Shown piece by piece: positions 43,068-53,894 of a stretch of DNA of 64,000 nt. The notes beneath the pieces were generated by a model. The model did not search any database and was not told the DNA's origin. It saw only the letters and a list, made by a program, of their open reading frames with translations. A program made the position numbers and the translations under genes. The stretch is from IMG/VR virus record IMGVR_UViG_2563366553_000007; one strand, given 5' to 3'. The stretch's first letter is position 1. Each line of letters opens with the position of its first letter. Source of the stretch: a virus.

Positions 43068-43087
43068 TAACTGAAAGGAGCTATTTA

Positions 43088-43768
43088 ATGAAATTCTTTA
43101 AAAATAAAATTATAATTGCAATTGCTTTATTAGCTATAATTTTGGGTTTTGTCTTAGGTGGAAAAGTTAGTAAAGAATTAGAAATATCTTCTGATAATTT
43201 ACAAGGTTTAATTAACCAAGATTATAAGATTGAAGATTTAGAGACAAAGAACAATTATATAGAATTTACAGTAAGAGGGAACCTGCAAATAAATGATATT
43301 AAAGATTTTTCTAATGAACTTTTCAATAAAAGTAAACATTGGAAACAAAATAAATTGAAAGTATTTTTTGTGTCAAAAGAAGCTGATACAAAAAATTTAA
43401 AGAAAGAGTTTTTTGTAGATGGTTTAACTAACAAAGTAATTATAGATAAAAAGGAAAGTGTTATAAAGGTAGGAACTTTTGTTAGTGTTCCTTCGATCGA
43501 AAAATCAAGAGAACTTTCTAAATTTAAGGAAACAAATATTAAGTATAAAGATAATAATGCAGAAATTAATGTTAGCATACCAGAAATAAATAGTTTAGAA
43601 AAAATAGTTAGTCAATCCAAGACTTATTCCATAATGTTTAGAGATATAAATAAGAATAAAGATATAGATAATATACAGTTAAATATAGATAATATTAGTA
43701 ACAATTATACTTTTAGTACAGAAAATGAAAATGTTATAGAAGTCATAGAAAAGATAAAAGAATCTTAA
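43088..43768 (+). CDS. Hypothetical exported protein
   Basis: The RBS is GAAAGGAG and there is an N-terminal TM/signal anchor. Confidence 0.45.
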   Translation: MKFFKNKIIIAIALLAIILGFVLGGKVSKELEISSDNLQGLINQDYKIEDLETKNNYIEFTVRGNLQINDIKDFSNELFNKSKHWKQNKLKVFFVSKEADTKNLKKEFFVDGLTNKVIIDKKESVIKVGTFVSVPSIEKSRELSKFKETNIKYKDNNAEINVSIPEINSLEKIVSQSKTYSIMFRDINKNKDIDNIQLNIDNISNNYTFSTENENVIEVIEKIKES

Positions 43769-43816
43769 CTAAACAAAAGTAGAGTATTAATACTCTACTT
43801 TTGTTTAGTTAGTTTT
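43769..43816 (+). terminator. Rho-independent terminator
   Basis: The hairpin is AAACAAAAGTAGAGTATTAATACTCTACTTTTGTTT. Confidence 0.55.
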
Positions 43817-43952
43817 TAGCAAGAACTTAAAGTTTAAAATTAGCAAGAGTTTTTAAATTTTTAAGGCTAAAAACTACTTTCAGTTTTTGAAATCTCAAGA
43901 CCTCTTTAAGTTGAGTCCTTATATAGTATTAAAAGCACTTTACATTATACCA

Positions 43953-44462
43953 TTATTTTATTTCTGTGTCTATATCAGTCGATTCTCTTAATTTAAATGT
44001 AGATATAGTATTTCTTACAGATGCCTTTGTTTGTTCTTTTTTTACAGGGATTATTTGCGATAAAAAGTTCCAATCATAAGAAAATTTTAATTGAGTAGTA
44101 ATATTTGTTCCCCTTTCAACAATAGGCATATATAAATCAGGGGATAATTCATATCCATTAATATAAACTTTCCATTTTTCTTCAGCTATTCCAGCTTTTC
44201 CAAGAATATACTTGACATCTTGATATAGTTTTTGACTTGTAACATAACTATCTAAATAATTAGAAGGGGCTGAGGTCCTAATACCTCCTTGATGCCCAAC
44301 AACCCTTGTAATATAAGTTGATGTTGAAGATATTGAATTAAATTTTTTTTGCATATTTTGAAAATCCATAATTCCAGCAATACAAATAAGTAAAATAATT
44401 GAAAATATAGCTACCTCTAAAGAAGTAAATCCTTTATTGTTTTTTAGTGTATTTAAATTCAT
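43953..44462 (-). CDS. TadE-like pseudopilin / prepilin-type N-terminal domain protein
   Basis: The N-terminus is KGFTSLEVAIFSIILLICIAGIMDFQ, a class III-like signal and hydrophobic segment of TadE/TadG type. Confidence 0.5.
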   Translation of the reverse strand: MNLNTLKNNKGFTSLEVAIFSIILLICIAGIMDFQNMQKKFNSISSTSTYITRVVGHQGGIRTSAPSNYLDSYVTSQKLYQDVKYILGKAGIAEEKWKVYINGYELSPDLYMPIVERGTNITTQLKFSYDWNFLSQIIPVKKEQTKASVRNTISTFKLRESTDIDTEIK

Positions 44463-44791
44463 TTTTTTAATTATATTCCTACCTTTCTTTATATTTTTTA
44501 TTTGTTAATATTATACAAGCTTTAAATATTTAGTATAACTTATATACTTACTAATGTATTAACAAAAATATGGAAAAATATGAAATAATATTTTTTATTA
44601 TTTAAAACATAATAATTATAATAAAATAAATATTTATGAATAATAAAAAATAATTTACTATTATTATAAATATTAGAAAAATATTTTTTATTTCATTTTT
44701 TTATATTATATAAATTGTTATTTCATAGAATTAAATAATAATTTATATAATATAATGAAAAATAAAATAAGTTTTTTACTAAAAAAAGGAG

Positions 44792-45295
44792 ATGTTTAAA
44801 TTGGCAAGACCACCAGAACTTCCTATTAGGGGTGAAGAGGATTATTTTCAAAAATTAGTTAAGGAAATAAATCCATATCTCCAATCTCTAAACATAGAAT
44901 TGAATTTTAAAGGTTATAAAAATACAGTAAAAGAATATGGAGAAGTTGACTCCAAGGATTATAATAAACTATGGGAATTAAGTAGAGATTTTAATATGTG
45001 GGGGGAGTATTTTACAAATATGCAAGCAGTAATTGAAAAACTATATTTAGATGCTGAGGTAACTGAGAAAGAGGTGTTTGCTATTGCATCTGAAACAGCA
45101 GACGTGAAATCTGTAAATAGAGGAGATAGATTTGCTAATAGAGAAGCTTCAGTTGTAGAAACAAGAAAAAATAAAAATTCATTGAAAGCTTTTTTAAAAG
45201 TAATAGAGAGTAAAATAGATTTTTCTTATAAATGCCACCACCATTGTAAGAGTACTTGTAATTGCTTAAAGTTGCCAAATTCAAATTTTAGTTAA
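44792..45295 (+). CDS. Hypothetical protein (paralogue of the next gene) with Cys/His-rich C-terminus
   Basis: LNFKGYKNTVKEYGE...FNMWGEYFTNM aligns with LSFEGYKTTLEEYLS...SNLWSHYFGDL of the 45299 gene. The C-terminus is YKCHHHCKSTCNC. Confidence 0.45.
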   Translation: MFKLARPPELPIRGEEDYFQKLVKEINPYLQSLNIELNFKGYKNTVKEYGEVDSKDYNKLWELSRDFNMWGEYFTNMQAVIEKLYLDAEVTEKEVFAIASETADVKSVNRGDRFANREASVVETRKNKNSLKAFLKVIESKIDFSYKCHHHCKSTCNCLKLPNSNFS

Positions 45296-45298
45296 TGG

Positions 45299-45757
45299 GT
45301 GATTATAATGAAAAAATCAAAGAAAATATTAAGAAGACAATTAGAGTTCATAGAAATCTCTAAAAAAGTAGGGAAATTATTTAAGGATAGAAATATATCA
45401 TTATCTTTTGAAGGATATAAAACAACATTAGAAGAATATCTTAGTTGCAATGAATATGATTTAGAAAATCTATACCATTTAATAATTGATTCGAACTTAT
45501 GGAGCCATTATTTTGGAGATCTTATAGGATTAACAGATAATATTTACTCAGAAAAAATAAGTAAAAGCTTTTTTTTAGAAATGGAACATATTACAAAGAA
45601 AGAAGAAATTGAAGATTTAAAAATAGAGATTAACTTATTTAAAGTATTTTTAAAACGATTAAAAATACAAAAAAAAATGTTTGATAGAATTCATTACCAT
45701 TGCTCTAAAATGTATATGGATGCAAATAATAATTTGAATTTCAGAAGTTTTGAATAA
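45299..45757 (+). CDS. Hypothetical protein (tandem paralogue)
   Basis: See the previous feature. The C-terminus is HYHCSKMY. Confidence 0.45.
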   Translation: MIIMKKSKKILRRQLEFIEISKKVGKLFKDRNISLSFEGYKTTLEEYLSCNEYDLENLYHLIIDSNLWSHYFGDLIGLTDNIYSEKISKSFFLEMEHITKKEEIEDLKIEINLFKVFLKRLKIQKKMFDRIHYHCSKMYMDANNNLNFRSFE

Positions 45758-45789
45758 ATAAGTATTTTTGAATAACCCTAATAAAAAAT

Positions 45790-45832
45790 CTCTTACTTAG
45801 CGTTTAAGGTAAGAGATTTTTTTATGTAAAAT
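45790..45832 (+). terminator. Rho-independent terminator
   Basis: The hairpin is AAAAATCTCTTACTTAGCGTTTAAGGTAAGAGATTTTTTT. Confidence 0.55.
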
Positions 45833-45847
45833 AAAATATTTAATTAA

Positions 45848-46162
45848 TTATTCCCATAAAAAATAGATAGTGTCCTCTTTAAGCATGTTTAGTTTTATAT
45901 TATCAAATAAGTTTTTAATATGATGTATACCCTCTTCACTTTTTATACAGTTACAGTGTTCTGTATAATCACTTTTAATAAAATCATTATAGATATCATT
46001 AAAAGAATTGAAATCACTTTCCACACAATCTTCTTTCTCTGTAGAAAAAGAGAAATTGATATAATTTAGTAAAATATTAAATTCTGGCTGAAGCATTTCA
46101 GATTTTAAGACTACAACTCTGTTGTTATTACTAATTTCTGCTACTATCGAATAATTTAACAT
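45848..46162 (-). CDS. Small hypothetical protein
   Basis: The ORF is 104 aa. Confidence 0.35.
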   Translation of the reverse strand: MLNYSIVAEISNNNRVVVLKSEMLQPEFNILLNYINFSFSTEKEDCVESDFNSFNDIYNDFIKSDYTEHCNCIKSEEGIHHIKNLFDNIKLNMLKEDTIYFLWE

Positions 46163-46489
46163 CTAAAAAATCACTCTCCTCAATACTTTTTGATAAACAT
46201 GCTTTTTATACTTATTTATATAATTATATCATAATTTATGATTATTTTTTATTTTATATAAAAATAATGAGGTATTATTAAAAATATTTAGAAAAATTTA
46301 GAATAAGTATATAATTATTAGATTATACAGTTTAATAGCCTATAAATAATAGATTAAATATAAAAAAAATAACTTAAAATGGTATAATATGGAAATATAA
46401 TATAAAATAAAAATATCTAATACTTATATTAGATATTTTTATTGAAGAATAAATACTAAATTTTTATAATAATCGAATTATCTATTTTA

Positions 46490-48232
46490 TTATTTCTTAA
46501 GTATAGAAATCTTATCAGTAGATACATTAAAATTTATACTAAATCCAAATTCTCTAAGTGTAGCATTCATTTCAGCATAAACAATATTATTTTCTAACTT
46601 AGAAGAAGTTGTAGTTAATTTTTCAGCACCATTTATTTTTATTTTTTTAGTTCCAATATAATATTCAATTACATTATTATCATCGCTCAAGATAGCTAAA
46701 TTTTTATTAATTTTAAGTTTAATTTTTAATTCTTCTGCGATTTCTTCTATAGGGAACTGTATTATGCCATTTTTTAACATAGCTGGATGTTTTAATTTAA
46801 CTTCTTTATTATTTATAAAAATTTTATCTAAGGTAGAATTTTGTTTTTCGTCTTTAAATTTTGGTTCATTGGTTTTACTTTTTTCTTCTATTTTTAAAGA
46901 AAGGTTATTGAAGGTATTTAATAGTCTTTTTATTTCAGTATCTGAATAAGAGTTTTTTTTATCTTCTATAACCAAAGGTTTACCTTCAGCAATAAATAAT
47001 AATTTATTCCTATCTTCAATCAAGTAACCATTTTTTATTTTTAATGCAATTTGATTTAATACATCTCTAACTTGATTATAAGTTACAGTTTTATTTAAAT
47101 TTACATTTATGCCAGAATCATAATAATAAATATCTTCAGCATTTTTATTTAATGTAAACTTTAAGGTAAGATTACTTTCTTTATTTAACTCATTTTCATT
47201 TAAACTTTGCCAAACATTTAAAGCCAAATCTCCATTATGATTTCTATTCCATACTTCTCCTGTTACTACATTAGAATTAAATATGTTGCAAAATCCATTT
47301 TGAGCTTTAGTTTTCTTTTTGTTTACAATATTTCCATTTAAGTCATATGTTGTAGTTATTTTAGTACAACTATTATTTTCTTTTACATATTCATCAGAAG
47401 TTAAATCAGAAGAATTTCCCGGAGTTAGACCGTTATCTAAGTTTGGGTTGTAATTATCAGATGTTCCATCACTATTATTGTTCCCTCCATTATTAAACTC
47501 ATTATCGGGTATTTCATCTGGGATATAAATAGGAGGTTCATCTTTATTAGAATTATTGTCTCCATCTGGTTTTGTAGGGTCAATATTTGATGGGAGTTCA
47601 TCTTCTGGAATTTTACCTGACTCTTCTGTTGGAGTAAAACTTTGTAAGTCTATAAACATAGAAGCTCCACCTTTTAATATTTTGTTAGTTCTTTCATCTT
47701 TAAAATAATCTGACAACTGATATCCGATGTATAATCCATATTTATCAAGAAAAAAAGAATATTTATCATTACTATTTAGTCTTTTTGCAGAAGATAGATA
47801 CATTTCATCCATGAAGTCTATAAAAATTTCATTCCTTTCACTTCCATTAGTATTAACAAAAGCTAAATAAATGATTTGAAAGAAAATGTAATCAAACTGA
47901 TCATAGTCCTTATGCTTTTGGATGTCAGTATCATCTAATTTTGTATGTAAGTTTACTGCCATTTTAAATATATCTATTAATAAACTTTTACTAAAATCTG
48001 AACTTAATTTATCTAAGGATTCTAAAATTCTATCAATTTCTCGCATTGTATCTGAATTAAATAATACAGGTATAATGTCTTTTTTATTTGGATTTATTAA
48101 ATTATTATTTATGCTTTCTTTTCTTATTAGATTATTTTTATAATCAGCCTTATTTACCGCAAATGAAGTAGTTGGGATAAATTGAACTAAAATTAGCCCT
48201 ATCGAAATTGCGGATATTAATTTTTTATGCAT
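46490..48232 (-). CDS. Secreted/surface protein with low-complexity Asn/Asp/Gly linker and C-terminal copper-amine-oxidase-N-like stalk domain
   Basis: The signal peptide is MHKKLISAISIGLILVQFIPTTSFA. A PDGDNNSNKDEPP...NGGNNNSDG linker follows. The C-terminal about 100 aa resembles the domain common in clostridial cell-wall-associated proteins. Confidence 0.5.
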   Translation of the reverse strand: MHKKLISAISIGLILVQFIPTTSFAVNKADYKNNLIRKESINNNLINPNKKDIIPVLFNSDTMREIDRILESLDKLSSDFSKSLLIDIFKMAVNLHTKLDDTDIQKHKDYDQFDYIFFQIIYLAFVNTNGSERNEIFIDFMDEMYLSSAKRLNSNDKYSFFLDKYGLYIGYQLSDYFKDERTNKILKGGASMFIDLQSFTPTEESGKIPEDELPSNIDPTKPDGDNNSNKDEPPIYIPDEIPDNEFNNGGNNNSDGTSDNYNPNLDNGLTPGNSSDLTSDEYVKENNSCTKITTTYDLNGNIVNKKKTKAQNGFCNIFNSNVVTGEVWNRNHNGDLALNVWQSLNENELNKESNLTLKFTLNKNAEDIYYYDSGINVNLNKTVTYNQVRDVLNQIALKIKNGYLIEDRNKLLFIAEGKPLVIEDKKNSYSDTEIKRLLNTFNNLSLKIEEKSKTNEPKFKDEKQNSTLDKIFINNKEVKLKHPAMLKNGIIQFPIEEIAEELKIKLKINKNLAILSDDNNVIEYYIGTKKIKINGAEKLTTTSSKLENNIVYAEMNATLREFGFSINFNVSTDKISILKK

Positions 48233-48473
48233 AACTTAGCCCCTTTCTTATTTTTAATACTACATACTATACAAAAGATACTTCTTTTATAACATTCAAG
48301 TGAATATATAAAAAATATTGTTATTGTACAAGGTTTATTTATTATAAATGTAACTATTGTGTAATATATAGAGTTCATGGACAAATGTTATATATTTTAC
48401 CCCTCTAAATATATAACATCAAAAAAATACCTATTGATTACTGTAAAAAGTATTAATAGGTATTTTTATATTA

Positions 48474-49679
48474 TTAAGCATTCACATGTATTTTTTCATT
48501 ACAAATTGGGCATTTTTTATTTCTATTTATTATATCTATTGGTTTTGCTAAAAACAAGTTATCACATTCTTTACATAAAAACTTTGTATATGTCAATAAG
48601 TTTACATAATCAGAGACAAGTACATATCTGTTAAGATTATTTTTTAATAATAGATAGTTAATGAAAGTATATTTGATATTATTTTTATCTTCAAGATTAA
48701 GAAAAGCTTCTTTTTCTAAAATAAAAACTTCTTTTGAACTTTTTTCAAATACACTAAATTGCTTTTCTTCCATATCTAATACTATTAATTCTTTATTAGA
48801 AAAATCATAAATATCTTTTTTAAAAATATCTTCTTGTGATAGATTATTATTTTTATTAAGTTGTTTTAAATAATCTTCTTGAGAACAAACTTTACACTTT
48901 TCTTTGAATTCTAAGAAATAAGGTGCTGTTTTAAACTTAAATCCACATTTAGAATGTAAAATCTCAACTTCTCCATAAAACCCATTATAATTACTCGTTA
49001 GAATATATTCATCTGAAAAATTTTCAAATATCCTTTTTTGCAATCTTTCAGTTTTCTTTTTTATTAAACAATGCTGACATCTTTTCCCAGTAATGAATTC
49101 ATGAGGAGTAACTAAAAATTCCTTATTGCATTTTGTATGCTTCATTAAAATGTTTTCACTTGCTGAAATAAATCTACCTGTTACTTCATACTCATTACCT
49201 GTAAGTTCTAATACCTTCTCTTTAAATCTTGGAAGTGTATTAATAGGTTTACAAAATTTACAGTAATAATCTCTCGTTACATCTGAAGGTTTCACATAAG
49301 AAACTTTCTTACATGATTTATGCATTAACATTACAGGTTTATTGTAATCTGTAACTGCTTCTAATAACTCATATTTGTAGTCAAAATAAAGAAGCAAGTT
49401 TTTATTTAGTTTATTAGTTAAATAAATTGAATGACATTTAAAGCATATATATGAATTATCAACTAAAAATTTATAATTAGTACGGCATATTGAGTTGCAA
49501 ATTTTATGTATTAGTATTATTTCATCATCTAAATTTAAAATAATATTAATTAAAATATATTCATCCAAAAACTTTACAGATATTATTCTTTGTATAATAT
49601 CTAAACTTTCAATTACTTTAATGTGCTTTTCTTTAGAGCTTTTTTTCCTAAATATATTAAAAAAGTTTTTTATCCTCAA
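48474..49679 (-). CDS. CxxC-rich multi-zinc-ribbon protein
   Basis: There are at least eight CxxC pairs (CNSIC, CFKCH, CKFCK, CQHC, CKVCS, CKECD, CPICN). Confidence 0.5.
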   Translation of the reverse strand: MRIKNFFNIFRKKSSKEKHIKVIESLDIIQRIISVKFLDEYILINIILNLDDEIILIHKICNSICRTNYKFLVDNSYICFKCHSIYLTNKLNKNLLLYFDYKYELLEAVTDYNKPVMLMHKSCKKVSYVKPSDVTRDYYCKFCKPINTLPRFKEKVLELTGNEYEVTGRFISASENILMKHTKCNKEFLVTPHEFITGKRCQHCLIKKKTERLQKRIFENFSDEYILTSNYNGFYGEVEILHSKCGFKFKTAPYFLEFKEKCKVCSQEDYLKQLNKNNNLSQEDIFKKDIYDFSNKELIVLDMEEKQFSVFEKSSKEVFILEKEAFLNLEDKNNIKYTFINYLLLKNNLNRYVLVSDYVNLLTYTKFLCKECDNLFLAKPIDIINRNKKCPICNEKIHVNA

Positions 49680-49843
49680 TCAAATCACCCTTTATAAAAA
49701 ATAACTATTTAAATCTATTCGCCAAATTATAGTGTTAACCTTTTTTAATTTAGAAGATAAAATATATTTTGCAATCTATTATTACGTTGTTTCTTATATT
49801 AATGTAAACATTTTATATAATGAATTAGATATAATAACAAACA

Positions 49844-50179
49844 ATGAAAGGAGACGTTATGAGAAAATTTATACCATCAATTATAATTGTTTTATCTATA
49901 TTATTTTTAGAAATAAATATCAATAATACTTCAGCTTATAGCATAAATCAAATATCAATTATTTTAAACATCTTTATGTTACCTATTTTATTCTTTATAC
50001 AAGGTCTCATGATACAAAAAGAAAATTTAAATGAAAGTTTTTTAATTTTCCCTTTTGTAACTTATATATCTCTATTAATTATTTCTTTAGAATGTAAAAA
50101 TCTTATATTTTTATTAATATATTTTTCTTTTATGAAGCTTGGTTGTTTTTTAGGGGTATGGATTTATAATAATAAATAA
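49844..50179 (+). CDS. Small membrane protein
   Basis: The RBS is GGAGACG and there are three TM segments. Confidence 0.35.
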   Translation: MKGDVMRKFIPSIIIVLSILFLEININNTSAYSINQISIILNIFMLPILFFIQGLMIQKENLNESFLIFPFVTYISLLIISLECKNLIFLLIYFSFMKLGCFLGVWIYNNK

Positions 50180-50282
50180 AAAATATTTTCATAAAAATAA
50201 ATTTGCAATTTTGTTGACTATAAACAATAAAAAGTATATATTTATATTAAAAATAATAAAAAAATTCAAAAAAGGAGAAAAA

Positions 50283-52333
50283 ATGATTGATATTATGGTT
50301 ATTGTATTTACATTAGTAATTTGCATATTTTTAGGGATTATACTAATTGGACCAAGGATTATCGGAAGCGGAGAAATAGGAATTGTTGAAAAAAAATTTT
50401 CAAAGAACTTTTTAAAAGAAGGTGAACTTATAGCTTTAAATGGAGAAGCTGGTTTTCAAGCTGATATTCTTAGAACAGGATTACATTTTAAGAATAGACT
50501 TTTTTACAAAGTTCATAAAAAGCCATTAGTTACAATAAAACAAGGACAGATTGGTTATGTTTTCGCACGTTCAGGTGAAAGTTTAAAAAATGGGCAAATA
50601 TTGGGTAGAGCAGTGTCATGTAATGATTTTCAAGATACAAAAACATTTTTGAAAAATGGAGGTCAAAAAGGACCTCAAAGAGTTGTTTTAAGAGAAGGAA
50701 CCTATGCTTTTAATTTAGCTGAATTTATAATCTTAACAAAAAATGAAACTTATTTTTTAAATATAGGAGATAAAAAAGAAATTGAAGATATCAAAAAGAT
50801 GAAAGATGAGTTAATTAAGAAAAATGGCTTTGACCCAATAGTCATTGATGATAAAGAAGATAATCTTGGAATTGTAGTAACTAAAGAAGGAAAAGCATTA
50901 AAGCAAGGAGATCTAATTGCACCAATAGTTGGAGATGATGAAAATAATCCTGACTTATACCACAATTCATTCCAAGATATAGAAGCATTTTTAAAAGCTG
51001 GAGGATATAAAGGTAGACAATATGAAGTATTGACAGAAGGGGTATATGTAATAAATCGTCTTTTTGCATCAATTGAAATTGTACCCAAACAAGAAATAGA
51101 AATAAGTTCAGTTGGGGTAGTTTGTTCTTATATTGGACAAAAAGGAGAAGATGTTTCTGGCAAATCTTACACTCATGGAGAGTTAGTAGAAGATGGATGC
51201 AGAGGGATACTTAAAAATCCTTTAATGCCAGGCAAATATGCTTTTAATATTTATTCTGGCTCAATTGAAAAGATTCCAACTGATAACTTTGCGTTAAAGT
51301 GGAGAGGCGATGAATGTGGCCAATATGAATATGATAGACATTTAAAAGAATTAAGTGTTATTACCAAAGATGGTTTTAAACCATTATTGCCACTTTCAGT
51401 AGTAGTCCACATTGATTATAAAAAAGCACCACTTGTAATACAAAGATTTGGTTCAGTACAAAAGTTAGTTGACCAGACTTTAGATCCTATTATATCTGCT
51501 TATTTTAAACAAGTTGCAGAGACAAAAACTTTTTTAGAGTTACTACAAAATAAAACAGAGATAAGCCAAGAGTCGTATAAAATAATGAAAGAAGAATTTC
51601 AAAAATTTAATTTGGAATTAGAAGAAGTTTTAATAGATACTCCTAAAGCAAATGGGGATGAAAGGATATTAGCCCTTATAGAACAGTTAGCAGATAGACA
51701 ATTAGCAAAAGAGCAAGTTGAAACATATGAGGCCAAAAAACAGCATCTGCAAAGGAAAGAGAATATAGAGAACTACAATCTAAAATAAATGAACAAGATA
51801 ATCTAACAAGTTCAGAAGTCCATATTAGTATAGAAAAAAATAATGCAGAAGCACAAAAAGCAGTGGCAAAGATAAAAGCAGAGCAAAATAAAATAGAAGC
51901 AGATTCAAAACTATATATTAAAGAAAAAGAAGTAGAAGCTGAGATATATAGAATTTCAGAAAAAGCAAAGGCAGAAGCAGAAAGTATTAAAGCGTTAGCA
52001 GAAGCAGAAGCACAAAAAGAAGAAAAGGTAGGTAAAGCGATAGCTTCAGCCAATCGAGAAAAAGCAAAGGCTTATGGTAGTGCAGAGCTTCTAATAACAA
52101 AGGAAATTGCTATAGCAGTTGCAGAAGCTATAAAAGAAGGAAACGTTGATATAGTCCCTAAAAATGTTATATCTAATGGAAATATGGATAGCTGTAATTC
52201 ATTAGGCAATCTTGTCCAATTAGTTACACTAAATAAACTGGAAAGCAATGAATATCTAAAAAAAGAGAAGATAGGTAATCCAATAGATTTAAAAGAAGAA
52301 ATAATAAATGTAACAGAAGAAAGCTTACAATAG
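50283..52333 (+). CDS. Flotillin/SPFH (band-7) family protein, frameshifted at A6 run about 51734-51740
   Basis: The RBS AAAAGGAGAAAAA precedes ATG at 50283. The track ORF from 50211 probably includes 24 non-coding codons. An N-terminal TM and the SPFH domain (GEIGIVEKKF...IKQGQIGYVFARSG) are present. The flotillin C-terminal AEAEA/KAKAE repeats continue in the frame of ORF 51863..52333. Confidence 0.75.
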
Positions 52334-52351
52334 TTTTTATAAGAGGTAAAT

Positions 52352-52774
52352 ATGATTTTAAGTAGATATAAGAAAATAGTAAACTTTAAATTTCATAAAA
52401 GTGACAAAATAAAAAATGAGTTAATGAATAATATTAAAAAAGCTGTAGATATAAATAAATCAATATTAATTTGCAATAAAAATCAAATTGAATTTGAATA
52501 TGAAGGATATATATATACAATTAATAAATTCTTGCAAGAACATCATAAGGATGAATATTATAAAAAAAATTCTGATTTTTATGAGAGTTTATTTAATGAA
52601 ATAATGTGTTTTGATGATAAAGATATAGGTGTTAGAATTATAAAAAAAGAAAAAATAGCATTAAGTTTATTTTCGAAACTATATAGAGATGAAAGTGTGA
52701 AATTTTTAGAAGTTTATTCTAAAGAGTTTATTAAAAATAAAAAAAGATTATTAATGAAAAAATCTAATATTTAG
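52352..52774 (+). CDS. Hypothetical protein
   Basis: The ORF is 140 aa with RBS GAGGTAAAT. Confidence 0.45.
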   Translation: MILSRYKKIVNFKFHKSDKIKNELMNNIKKAVDINKSILICNKNQIEFEYEGYIYTINKFLQEHHKDEYYKKNSDFYESLFNEIMCFDDKDIGVRIIKKEKIALSLFSKLYRDESVKFLEVYSKEFIKNKKRLLMKKSNI

Positions 52775-53163
52775 TTATTAGTATAAATAAAAATCCTTAT
52801 AAATTATGATTAAATATAAGTTGTTTATTGTTTATATAAAATATTTTATCAAGAAAAACATACAATAAATGAAAAAATAGAGAAAGTGCAGTATATTTAA
52901 AAGTTAAGTCAGAATAGAAACATATTTTTTACCTATTAAGCAAGAAAATGAAAAGTATTTTAACCCATTTAAAGAGAAAAATCTTATTGGAGTATATGAT
53001 TTTAATAGAGAATACATTTTTTTGAGGTATGTAAGGGCTTGGTTAGAAAGAGCCTGAATGAGATTGATTTTAGAAATATAAAAATAAAATTCTTGGAAGC
53101 TGTTTATAGAAAAATTATTAAAGAAATTGGTAGACAATAATGTAATATACAAATATAAATAAT

Positions 53164-53215
53164 TAACAAGAAAAAGACTACTTTAAGCTTAAAGTAGTCT
53201 TTTTCTTGTTTTTAT
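53164..53215 (+). terminator. Rho-independent terminator
   Basis: The hairpin is ACAAGAAAAAGACTACTTTAAGCTTAAAGTAGTCTTTTTCTTGT. Confidence 0.5.
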
Positions 53216-53306
53216 TAAAGTATCTAATTATATAAAATTTAAGCTAAATCTATAATAAACAAAATATAAGTTTATATAAATAACTAATAAAAAAGGAGAA
53301 GATAAT

Positions 53307-53741
53307 ATGAATGATTTTGAAAAAGTAAGTAGATTCAGTAGTTATTTAAAACATGTAGACCACCAAACATATGAAATATGTTTGGTGGCAGTTAAACAAA
53401 ATGGATTTACTTTACAGGATATAAAATGGAATGATATTAATTTGTCTAAAGAGCAGATATATATGTTGTATCTTGAAGGAGTAAGACAAAGTGGATTGGT
53501 TTTAAAATTTATAGATTTTAAAAATTTAACAAAAAAACAAGTATATGAATTATGTTTAGAAGCAGTAAAACAAAACAGCCATTCTATATTTTATATAGAA
53601 TGGGAACAATTTAATTTTTCAGATGAAGAAAAGTTGAATTTATGTTTTGAAGCTGTTAAACAGGACAAAGAAGTTTTAAAAAATTTTAACTGGGAAAAAG
53701 TAGGTTGTGATATTAATGCTGATTCAAAAAGAATAATATAG
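53307..53741 (+). CDS. 22-residue-repeat protein (DUF4116-like family), small member
   Basis: The repeat units are YEICLVAVKQNGFTLQDIK and ELCLEAVKQNSHSIFYIEWE. The RBS is AAAGGAGAAG. Confidence 0.6.
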   Translation: MNDFEKVSRFSSYLKHVDHQTYEICLVAVKQNGFTLQDIKWNDINLSKEQIYMLYLEGVRQSGLVLKFIDFKNLTKKQVYELCLEAVKQNSHSIFYIEWEQFNFSDEEKLNLCFEAVKQDKEVLKNFNWEKVGCDINADSKRII

Positions 53742-53751
53742 GATTTTATTT

Positions 53752-53788
53752 AGATGACACTCTTTAATTATAAGAGTGTCTTTTTGTT
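53752..53788 (+). terminator. Rho-independent terminator
   Basis: The hairpin GACACTCTTTAATTATAAGAGTGTC is followed by TTTTTG. Confidence 0.5.
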
Positions 53789-53894
53789 GTCATTCAATTA
53801 CTTTTAATAAAAAGTAATTGAAAAACTATAATATAAAAATCATATAAAGAAAGGAGATACCTTTAATAATTTTTAATTAAGGGATATTATTTTA

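Noticed and set aside
50211-50282. Upstream start of the flotillin ORF at 50211
   Set aside because: A strong RBS (AAAAGGAGAAAAA) sits just before ATG 50283. The upstream 24 codons are Lys/Ile-rich non-coding leader.
52900-53160. Minus-strand 82-aa ORF 52904..53152 and short plus-strand fragments (…NLIGVYDFNREYIFLRYVRAWLERA) as genes
   Set aside because: They are broken by multiple stops in every frame. At most this is a decayed gene remnant.
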